Below are positions 26,901 to 38,900 of a stretch of DNA of 64,000 nt, piece after piece. The notes beneath the pieces are model-generated. The model worked only from the letters and a program-made list of their open reading frames with translations, did not search any database and had not been told where the DNA came from. The stretch spans positions 111,850,001 to 111,914,000 of the forward strand of contig NC_086107.1 of the NCBI RefSeq assembly GCF_963921235.1. Direction: 5' to 3'. Source of the DNA: Mobula hypostoma. Its lineage: Eukaryota. The position numbers and the translations under genes are program-made. Position 1 is the first letter of the stretch. The number at the start of each line of letters is the position of its first letter.

Positions 26901-29900
26901 ACAATTTGCAACAGATATTCAAATTCACATTGAGAATTAATGGAATGAAGAATATTGCGATTTTGGGAATATTGAGATAACAACTTGATAGCATGAATTT
27001 TCAATATCATCTTCTGGGGAAAGAATTTCTCTCTACCTCCTATCTTCTTCTATCCTCACTCTGGCCTCTCACCACTTTTCACCTGCCTATCACCTCCCCC
27101 TGGAACCCCTCCTCCTTCTTCCTTTTCTCCTGTAGGTCACTCACTTCCCCTATCAGATTCCTTCTTCTCCAGAAATATTTTGAGGATGTGACTAAACACG
27201 TTGATGAAGAAAGAGCAGTAGATGTAGTGTATATGGATTTCAGCAAGGCTTTTGATAAGGTACCCCATGCAAGGCCTATTGAAAAAGTAAGGAGGCATGG
27301 GAACCAAGGGGACATTGCTTTGTGGATTCAGAACTGGCTTGCCCACAGAAGGCAAAGAGTGGTTGTAGACGGGTCATATTCTGCATAGAGGTCGGTGACC
27401 GGTGGTGTGCCTCAAGGATCTGTTCTGGGACCCTTACTCTTAGTAATTTTTATAAATGACCTGGATGAGGAAGTGGAGGGAGGGGTTAGTAAGTCTGCTG
27501 ATGACACAAAGGTTGGAGGTGTTGTGGATAGTGTGGAGGGCTGTCAGAGGTTACAGCAGGACATTGATAGGATGCAAAACTGTGCTGAGAAGTGGCAGAT
27601 GGAGTTCAACCCAGATGAAGTGGTTCATTTTGGTAGGTCAAATATGATGGTAGAATATAGTATTAATGGTTAGACTCATGGCAGTGTGGAGGATCAGAGG
27701 GATCTTGGGGTCCGAGTCCATAGGATGCTCAAAGCCGCTGCGCAGGTTGAAGCTGTGGTTAAGAAGGCATACAGTGTATTGGCCTTCATTAATCGTGGAA
27801 TTGCATTTAGGAGCCAAAAGGTAATTTTGCAGCTATATAGGACCCTGGTCAGATCCCACTTGGAGTACTGTGCTCAGTTCTGGTCGCCTCACTACAGGAA
27901 GGATGTGGAAACCATAGAAAGGGTGCAGAGGAGATTTACAAAGATGTTGCCTGGATTGGGGAGCATGCCTTATGAAAACAGGTTGAGTGAACTCAGCCTT
28001 TTCTCCTTGGAGTGACGGAGGATGAGAGATGACCTGATAGAGGTGTATAAGATGATGAGAGGCATTGATCGTGTGGATAGTCAGAGGCTTTTTCCAAGGG
28101 CTGAAAAGATTGCCACAAGAGGACACGGGTTTAAGGTGCTAGGGAGTAGGTACAGAGGAGATGTCAGGGGTAAGTTTTTAACTCAGAGAGTGGTGAGTGC
28201 ATGGAATGGGCTGCCGGCAACGGTGGTGGAGGCAGATATGATAGGGTCTTTTAAGAGACTCTTGGATAGGTACGTGGATCTTAGAAAAACAGAGGGCTAT
28301 GGGGAAGTCTTGTAATTTCTAAGGTAGGGACATGTTCGGCACAACTTTGTTGGGCCAAAGGGCCTATATTGTGCTGTAGGTTTTCTATGTTTTCTGTGGT
28401 TGGGAATGTTACCTTCCCCAACCATCTGGCTTCAACTATCACTTTCTAGCTATCCTGCTTCCCCTCTCCCCCACCTTTTTATTCTGGCATCTTCCTCCTT
28501 CCTTTCCAGTCCTGAAGAAGGGACTTGGTCCAAACTGTCAACTGCTTATTCATTACGTAGGTGCTGCCTGACTTGCTGAGTTCCTCCAGAATTTTGTGTG
28601 CATTGCTCTGGATTTCCAGCATCTGCAGATTTCTCTTGTTACTAATTGTGGTGGTTTGTGATTGAACATTACGGTGTGATGTGTAACGTTTAGATTTTGA
28701 GAAATGAAGTTTGGCTGAACTTCAGCAAGCAGAGTATGAGAACAATTTGCAACTTACTTGCACATTTGACAACAGAAATTTAATGTCATCTTTGAAAATG
28801 AAATAAAGAATATTGGGAAAGATGGGTTAAGTCATAGGATAGCGATCCCTTAGTTTAACATCCACTAATATTAAGATAGGTTTTAATCAAGTTTATGCTA
28901 GATGATGTCAGATATTTCTGTCTGACTGTGAGATCACCACATATCCATACACAAACCAAAGAATAGCACTCATCCTGAAAAGATCACAATGTCCCAGAGC
29001 AATCATGATGGAGGATGTCTTGTACTAATTAACCATCCCTTGTCTTTTATCTTGACAGATCCATCACCAGTCACTGGACTTAATTCAGTAAAGAGGGCAA
29101 CAAATTTGTTAACAATTGAATGGATGAAGCCAAATGATACAAGAGCTGTTAACTATACCTACAGAATTACAGTCACTAATGTGATGGATAATGTCAGTTC
29201 GATCAACTACACAAAAGAAGGCCAGACAAATTTCACAGTGACAGGCCTGAATCCTGGAGTTGAATACAGACTATCAGTGGAGTCAGTAACTCCGGAGCGC
29301 ACACTGAGCTCTCCTGAGGAGGTGACAAACACCACAAGTAAGTAATTCTGTAAGGGTCAATACCTGCTCCACTGTTTCAGTCAACAACAGTTCCATTATT
29401 ATTATGTTTTTAATATTCTTATTGTGTTGTTTATCTTATGGTTTTTTATGCTGTGTTGGATCCAGAGTAACAACTATGTAATTATCCTTACTCTTGTGTC
29501 AAGTAGAGTTACAAGGCAGCTACTTCTTCTTCTTCTTCCTTTCAACCCTTGTGGTGCCTCGGGTAACAACCTCACCATTTCTTTAGCATTTTTGTTTGTT
29601 TTTTACGAGGCCGAGTTGTTAGTTTGATACTCAACCCAGCACAGATGGGAAGTGTGCAAGGAGATGGCTGGATTTGAACCTGGAACCACTCATCTCAAGA
29701 CTGTTTCGGATGTTACTACCCCACTGGCCGGTGATACAAGATAGTCACAGTTTGTGATACATAAGCCGGGAGGAAGTGGAATCGATATGGGTAGAGCTGC
29801 GTAACACTAAGGGGCAGAAGACGCTGGTGGGAGTTGTGTACAAGCCACCTAACAGTAGTAGTGAGGTCGGAGAAGGTATTAAACAGGAAATTAGAAATGT

Positions 29901-32900
29901 GTGCAATAAAGGAACAGCAGTTATAATGGGTGACTTCAATCTACATGTAGGTTGGGTGAACCAAATTGGTAAAGGTGCTGAGGAAGAGGATTTCTTGGAA
30001 TGTACGCGGGATGGTTTTTTGAACCAACATGTCGAGGAACCAACTAGAGAGCAGGCTATTCTGGACTGGGTTTTGAGCAATGAGGAAGGGCTAATTAGCG
30101 ATCTTGTCGTGAGAGGCCCTTTGGGTAAGAGTGACCATAATATGGTGGAATTCTTCATTAAGATGGAGAGTGACATAGTTAATTCAGAAACAAAGGTTCT
30201 GAACTTAAAGAGGGGGAACTTTGAAGGTATGAGACGTGAATTAGCTAAGATAGACTGGCAAATGACACTTAAAGGATTGACGGTGGATATGCAATGGCAA
30301 GCATTTAAAGGTTGCATGGATGAACTACAACAATTGTTCATCCCAGTTTGGCAAAAGAATAAATCAAGGAAGGTAGTGCACCCGTGGCTGACAAGAGAAA
30401 TTAGGGATAGTATCAATTCCAAAGAAGAAGCATACAAATTAGCCAGAGAAAGTGGCTCACCTGAGGACTGGGAGAAATTCAGAGTTCAGCAGAGGAGGAC
30501 AAAGGGCTTAATTAGGAAGGGGAAAAAAGATTATGAGAGAAAACTGGCAGGGAACATAAAAACGGACTGTAAAAGCTTTTATAGATATGTAAAAAGGAAA
30601 AGACTGGTAAAGACAAATGTAGGTCCCCTGCAGACAGAAACAGGTGAATTGATTATGGGGAGCAAGGACATGGCAGACCAATTGAATAATTACTTTGGTT
30701 CTGTCTTCACTAAGGAGGACATAAATAATCTTCCAGAAATAGCAGGGGACAGAGGGTCCAGTGAGATGGAGGAACTGAGCGAAATACATGTTAGTAGGGA
30801 AGTGGTGTTAGGTAAATTGAAGGGATTGAAGGCAGATAAATCCCCAGGGCCAGATGGTCTGCATCCTAGAGTGCTTAAGGAAGTAGCCCAAGAAATAGTG
30901 GATGCAATAGTGATAATTTTTCAAAACTCGTTAGATTCTGGACTAGTTCCTGAGGATTGGAGGGTGGCTAATGTAACTCCACTTTTTAAAAAAGGAGGGA
31001 GAGAGAAACCGGGGAATTATAGACCGGTTAGCCTAACCTCGGTGGTGGGGAAACTGCTGGAGTCAGTTATCAAGGATGTGATAACAGCACATTTGGAAAG
31101 CGGTGAAATGATCGGACAAAGTCAGCATGGATTTGTGAAAGGAAAATCATGTCTGACGAATCTCATAGAATTTTTTGAGGATGTAACTAGTAGAGTGGAT
31201 AGGGGAGGACCAGTGGATGTGGTATATTTGGATTTTCAAAAGGCTTTTGACAAGGTCCCACACAGGAGATTAGTGTGCAAACTTAAAGCACACGGTATTG
31301 GGGGTAAGGTATTGGTGTGGGTGGAGAATTGGTTAGCAGACAGGAAGCAAAGAGTGGGAATAAACGGGACCTTTTCAGAATGGCAGGCGGTGACTAGTGG
31401 GGTACCGCAAGGCTCAGTGCTGGGACCCCAGTTGTTTACAATATATATTAATGACTTGGATGAGGGAATTAAATGCAGCATCTCCAAGTTTGCGGATGAC
31501 ACGAAGCTGGGTAGTAGTGTTAGCTGTGAGGAGGATGCTAAGAGGATGCAGGGTGACTTGGATAGGTTGGGTGAGTGGACAAATTCATGGCAGATGCAAT
31601 TTAATGTGGATAAATGTGAAGTTATCCACTTTGGTGGCAAAAATAGGAAAACAGATTATTATCTGAATGGTGGCCGATTACGAAAAGGGGAGGTGCAACG
31701 AGACCTGGGTGTCATTACACACCAGTCATTGAAAGTGGGCATGCAGGTACAGCAGGCAGTGAAAAAGGCAAATGGTATGCTGGCATTTATAGCGAGAGGA
31801 TTCGAGTACAGGAGCAGGGAGGTACTACTGCAGTTGTACAAGGCCTTGGTGAGACCACACCTGGAGTATTGTGGGCAGTTTTGGTCCCCTAATCTGAGGA
31901 AAGACATCCTTGCCTTAGAGGGAGTACAAAGAAGGTTCACCAGATTGATTCCTGGGATGGCAGAACTTTCATATGAAGAAAGACTGGATGAACTGGGCTT
32001 GTACTCGTTGGAATTTAGAAGATTGAGGGGGGATCTGATTGAAACGTATAAGATCCTGAAGGGATTGGACAGGCTAGATGCAGGAAGATTGTTCCCGATG
32101 TTGGGGAAGTCCAGAACGAGGGGCCACAGTTTGAGGATAGAGGGGAAGCCTTTTAGGACCGAGATTAGGAAAAACTTCTTCACACAGAGAGTGGTGAATC
32201 TGTGGAATTCTCTGCCACAGGAAACAGTTGAGGCCAGTTCATTGGCTATATTTAAGAGGGAGTTAGATATGGCCCTTGTGGCTACGGGGGTCAGGGGGTA
32301 TGGAGGGAAGGCTGGGGCGGGGTTCTGAGTTGGATGAACAGCCATGATCATAATAAATGGCGGTGCAGGCTCGAAGGGCCGAATGGCCTACTCCTGTACC
32401 TATTTTCTATGTTTCTATGTAATAATATGTATTGCCTGAGGTACAGGTGGTGGCAAGCAGAGGGCATCAGGTTCACCCAGCTCAGAAAAGAGTCTCAGGT
32501 CTCAGCTCTTCACAACATGAACTGGGCCGTTGAGTGATGGTTTAGTACACTCTGCATCCATCTCAGTTGCTGTATGGACTACAGCTTCATTTCCTTTATC
32601 TTTAATTTTGTTTAAATACAAAAAGAACTAGAAGTATGAAAAGATGAAAACTGCCACAATGGTACTTCCCAGTGGCAAAAAAGTTTAATTCCCATTCCCA
32701 TTCCAGCTCTGACATATCAGTCCATGCCCTCCTCTTGTGCCAAGGTGAAGCCTCAGGGTGGAAGAGCAACACCATCCATTGCGTCTGGGTAGCCTCCAGA
32801 CTAATGTCATGAATGTCCATTTCTCCTTCTGGCAGAAAAACTCTTCCCCGCCAACCTTCCTCCTCTATTCCCCACTCTGACCTTTCACCTCTTCTCATCT

Positions 32901-35900
32901 ACCTATCACTTCCCCCTAGGTCCCCAACACCTTCCGTTTCTCCCATGGTCAACACTCCTCTCCTGTCAGATTCTTTCTTCTCCAGGCCCTTACCTTTCCC
33001 ATCCACCTGGCTTCACCTATCACCTCCAGCGAGACTCCTACCCCTGCCCCACCTTTTTTAATCTGGCATTTTCCCCCTTCCTTCTCAGTTCTGAAGAAGG
33101 GACACGGCCCGAAATATTGACTGCTTATTCCTCTCCACAGATGCTGACTGACCTGCTGACTTCCACCATCAATTTGTGTATGTTGGTCTGGATTTACCGC
33201 ATCTGCAAATTTCTCCTGTTACTGATTGTGGTGGTCTGTGATTGAACAGCATCGTGTGATGTGTAACGTTTAGAGTCTGAGAAATGAAGTTTGGCTGAAC
33301 TTCAATAAGCAGAATGTTCGAACAATTTGAAACTTACTTGCACATTTGGGAACAGAAATTTCATTTTCGAGAACAAAATCAAGAATATTGGGAAAAGAGG
33401 ATTAAGTCTTAGAATGCCGAACACTTAGTTTAACATCCACTAATTTTAATACAGATTTTAATCAAGTTTATGCGAGATGATAATCTTTTTAATATTAAAA
33501 GGAACTATTAAAAGTAGTGTGCAAAGAAGAAATGGATTTAGCTGGGCTAAGACAGAGCTGCACGGTGTGAAATTTAATGCCATGCTTTTGAAGAATGAAG
33601 TTTGGCTCAACTTCAATAAACAGAGCGTTGCAACAACTTGCAAGACCCTTGCACAATTTGCAACAGATATTCGAATTCACGTTGAGAATTAATGGAATGA
33701 AGAATATTGCGATATCTTCAACTTCCTTACAGACAGGACCCAGGCTGTAAAAATAGGGGACAACTCTCCTCTACAATCACTCCGAGCACCGGTGCCCCAC
33801 AAGGCTGTGTACTCAGCCCCCTGTTGTACTCACTGTACACCCATGATTGTGTAGCCAAGTTTCCATCAAACTCAATATATAAGTTTGCTGATGACACCAC
33901 AATTGTAGGCCATATCTCGGGTAATGATGAGTTTGAGTACAGAGAGGAAATTAAGAACCTGGTGGCATGGTGCGAAGACAATAACCTATCCCTCAACGTC
34001 AGCAAGATGAAGGAGTTGGTTGTTGACTTCAGAAGGAGTAGCGGACCGCACGACCCAATTTACACCAGTGGTGAGCAAGTGGAACAGGTCGAAAGCTTTA
34101 AGTTCCTCAGGGTCAATATCACAAATGGCCTGACTTGATCCAATCAAGCAGAGTCCACTGCCAGGAAGACCCACCAGAGCCTTTACTTCCTGAGAAAACT
34201 AAAGAAATCTGGCCTGTCCCCTAATACCCTCACTAATTTTTATAGATGCACCGTAGAAAGCATACTTCTAGGGTGCATCACAACCTGGTATGGAAGTTGT
34301 CCTGTCCCAGACTGAAAGAAGCTGCAAAAGATCAGGAACACGGAGCAGCACAACACACAAACCAATCTTCCGTCCGTGGACTCACTTTACACCGCACGCT
34401 GTTGGAGCAGTGCTGCCAGGATAATCAAGGACACGACCCACCCAGCCAACACACTTTTCATCCCTCTTCCCTCCGGGAGAAGGCTCAGGAGCTTGAAGAC
34501 TCGTACGGCCAGATTTGGGAACAGCTTCTTTCCAACTGTGATAAGACTGCTGAACGGATCCTGACCCGGATCTGGGCCGTACCCTCCAAATATCCGGACC
34601 TGCCTCTTGGTTTTTTTGCACTACCTTACTTTCCATTTTTCTATTTTCTATTAATGATTTATAATTTAAAATTTTAATGTTTAATAATTTTTACTATTTT
34701 TAATATTTTAATATTTGTAATCCAGGGAGTGGGAAGCGCAGAATCAAATATCGCTGTGATGATTGTACGTTTTAGTATCAAATATTTGTCGACAATAAAG
34801 TATAAGTATAAAGTATTGAGAAAACAACCTGATAGCATGAATGTTCAATTTCATCTTCTGGGAAAAGAATTTCTCTCTACCTCCTATCTTCTTCTATCCT
34901 CACTCTGGCCTCTCACCACTTCTCATTTGCCTATCACCTCCCCCTGGAACCTCTTCTCCTTCCTCCCTTTCTCCTATAGTCCATTCACCTCACATGTCAG
35001 ATTCCTTCTTCTCCAGAACGTTACCTTTCCAAACCATCTGGCTTCAACTATCACTTTCTAGCTATCCTGCTTCTCCTCTCCCCCACCTTTTTATTCTAGC
35101 ATCTTCCTCCTTCATTTCTAGTGCTGAAGAAGGGACTTGGTTCAAACTGTCAACTGCTTATTCATTTACATAGGTGCTGCCTGACTTGCTGAGTTCCTCC
35201 AGCATTTTACATGTGTTGTTATTGGGATAGGTGTGTTAGGTCATTGAATAACCATCTCTTAGTTTAAAATCCTCTGATATTCTCAAAGTCTCCAGTATTC
35301 GCCAATAGTGCAGAAGTCTCACAGTATACACTCTCCCATGGGAGAGACTCCAGGTAATTTTTAATTATATCTATGCCAGATGATGTCAGATATTTCTGTC
35401 TGACTGTGAGGCCAATGCTTATCCATACACAGAGCCAAAGAATAGCACTCACCTTGAAAAGATCACAATATCCCACAGCAATCATGATGAGGATGTCTCA
35501 CACTAATTAACCATCCCTTGTCTTTTCTCCTAACAGATCCATCATCAGTCACTGGACTGTCTGTGGTAAACAGGACCACAAATTCATTGACAATTCAATG
35601 GACAAAGCCAACTGATAGAAGAGCCTCTGACTATACCTACAAAATTACAGTCACTAATGTGATGAATAATGACAAGTGGATCAACAACACAAAAAAAGGC
35701 GAGACAAATTTCACAGTGACAGACCTGCATCCTGGAGACCAATACAAACTATCGGTGGAGTCAGTAACTCCAGAGGGCACACTGAGCTCTCCTGAGAATG
35801 TGACAGACACCACAAGTAAGTAATTCTATAAAAGTCAGTACCTGCTCCAGTGTCTCAATGACAAGATACAGGATGAGCCCATGGCAGTTTAGGAAATGCA

Positions 35901-38900
35901 CTGACATGGACTGAAGATTGGCTGTCTGAGGGATGGCAAAGTGTGGAAATAAAGGGGGCCTCTTCTGAATGGCTGCCAGTAACTAGTGGTGTTCTGCAGG
36001 AGTTGGTGTTGGGTCCATTAGCTCTCGTGTTCTACATTAATGCAAATAATCGAATTGGGACCAACAAGATAGGAAAAGGTGAGACAACGTTCATAGTGAG
36101 AGACCTGGGTCTTGGGGAACAGCACAATCTATCAGTGCAGTCGGTAACTCTGGAGGACACACTGAGCTCTCCTGAGAATGTGACAAACACCACAAGTAAG
36201 TAATTATGTAAGGGTCAATACCTGCTCCACTGTCTTAGTCAACAACAGTTCAAAAATTTTTATGTTTTTAATATCCTTATTGTGTTCGTTATCTTATGAT
36301 TTTTTATGCTGTGTTGGATCCAGAGTAACAACTATTTAATTCTCCTTACTCTTTTGTAGAGTTACAAGGCAGCCACTTCTTCTTGTTGTTCCTTTCCGCC
36401 CCTTGTGGTGGATTGGGTAACAACCTCGCCATTTCTTTAGCATTTTTGTCTGTTTTTCACAAGACTGGGTTGTTAGTTTGATACTCAACCTAGCACAGAT
36501 GGGAAATGTGCAAAGGAGATGGCTGGATTTGAGCCTGGGACCATTCGTCTCAAGACTGTTTCGGATGTCACTATCCCACTGGCCGGTGATACAAGATAGT
36601 CACAGTTCGTAATAATATGTATTGCCTGAGGTACAGGTGGTGGCGAGCAGAGGGCATCAGGTTCACCCAGCTCAGAAAAGAGTCTCAGATCTCAGCTCTT
36701 CACTACATGAATTTGGCTGTTTGAGTGATGGTTCAGTACACTATGCATCCTTCTTAGATGCTGTATGGGCTATAGCTGCATTTCCTTTTTCTTCAATTTT
36801 GTTTAAATACCAAAAAGAACTAGAGGTACGAAAAGATGAAAACTAATTGTGGGGACCACTTTAACTGCCACAAACTGAACTTCCCGGTGGCCAAAAATTT
36901 TAATTGCCATTGACTTTCAAGTTCTGACATGTCAGTCCATGCCCATGCCCTCCTCTTGTGCCATGATGAGGCCTCCCTTCGCATGGAGGAGCAAACGTTA
37001 TATTCCGTCTGGGTAGCCTCTAACCTGGAGGCATGAATATTGATTTCTCCTTCCCGTAGAAAAACTACCCACCCCCATTACCCTCTTCCTCTATTCCCCA
37101 CTCTGACCTTGCCATTACCCTCACCTACCTATCACTTCCCCCTAAGTCCCTAATACTTTCTCTTTCTCCCATGGTCCACTCTCATCTCCCTTCAGATTCC
37201 TCTCTTCTCCAATCCCTTACCTTTCCCATCCACCTGGCATCACCTATCACCTTCTAGCCAGCTCCTTCTCCTTCCCTAAATTTCTTTTCCGGCATTTTCC
37301 CCCTTCCTTCTCAGACCTGAGGAAAGGTCTTGGCCTGAAATGTCAACTGCTTATTCCTCTCCATTGATGCTGCCTGACCTGCTGAGTTCCTCCAGCATTT
37401 TGTGTGTGTTGCTCTGGATTTCCAGCATATGCAGATTTCTCTTGTTACTAATTGTGGTGGTCTGTGTTTGAACAGTACGGAGTGATGAGAAATGCTTAGA
37501 TTTTGAGAAATGGAGTTTGGCTGAACTTCAGCAAGCAGAGTATTAGAACACTTTGCAACTTACTTGCACATTTGACAACAGAAATTTAATTTTATTTTTG
37601 AGAATGAAATGAAGAATATTGGGGAAGGTGGATTAAGTTTTAGAATGGCGATCTCTTAGTTTAACATCCACTAATATTAATGCAGATTTTAATCAAGTTT
37701 ATCCTTGATGATGTCAGATATTTCTGCCTGACTGTGAGATCACCGCCTATCCATACACAGAGCCAAAGAATAGCACTCACCTTGAAAAGATCACAATATC
37801 CCACAGCAATCATGATGAGGATGTCTCACACTAATTAACCATCCCTTGTCTTTTCTCCTAACAGATCCATCATCAGTCACTGGACTGTCTGTGGTAAACA
37901 GGACCACAAATTCATTGACAATTCAATGGACAAAGCCAACTGATAGAAGAGCCTCTGACTATACCTACAAAATTACAGTCACTAATGTGATGAATAATGA
38001 CAAGTGGATCAACAACACAAAAAAAGGCGAGACAAATTTCACAGTGACAGACCTGCATCCTGGAGACCAATACAAACTATCGGTGGAGTCAGTAACTCCA
38101 GAGGGCACACTGAGCTCTCCTGAGAATGTGACAGACACCACAAGTAAGTAATTCTATAAAAGTCAGTACCTGCTCCAGTGTCTCAATGACAAGATACAGG
38201 ATGAGCCCATGGCAGTTTAGGAAATGCACTGACATGGACTGAAGATTGGCTGTCTGAGGGATGGCAAAGTGTGGAAATAAAGGGGGCCTCTTCTGAATGG
38301 CTGCCGGTAACTAGTGGTGTTCTGCAGGAGTTGGTGTTGGGTCCATTAGCTCTCGTGTTCTACATTAATGCAAATAATCGAATTGGGACCAACAAGATAG
38401 GAAAAGGTGAGACAACGTTCATAGTGAGAGACCTGGGTCTTGGGGAACAGTACAATCTATCAGTGCAGTCGGTAACTCTGGAGGACACACTGAGCTCTCC
38501 TGAGAATGTGACAAACAGCACAAGTAAGTAATTATGTAAGGGTCAATACCTGCTCCACTGTCTTAGTCAACAACAGTTCAAAAATTTTTATGTTTTTAAT
38601 ATCCTTATTGTGTTCGTTATCTTATGATTTTTTATGCTGTGTTGGATCCAGAGTAACAACTATTTAATTCTCCTTACTCTTTTGTAGAGTTACAAGGCAG
38701 CCACTTCTTCTTGTTGTTCCTTTCCGCCCCTTGTGGTGGATTGGGTAACAACCTCGCCATTTCTTTAGCATTTTTGTCTGTTTTTCACAAGACTGGGTTG
38801 TTAGTTTGATACTCAACCCAGCACAGATGGGAAATGTGCAAAGGAGATGGCTGGATTTGAGCCTGGGACCATTCGTCTCAAGACTGTTTCGGATGTCACT

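Noticed and set aside
29745..32351. Long antisense ORFs (230, 134 and 230 aa)
   Set aside because: Shadows of CR1 ORF2 on the opposite strand.
36622..36846. Recurrent 74-aa ORF MPEVQVVASRG...
   Set aside because: Recurs only because the unit is duplicated; TTG start, no recognisable domain, and frame differs in diverged copies (32430, 43226).
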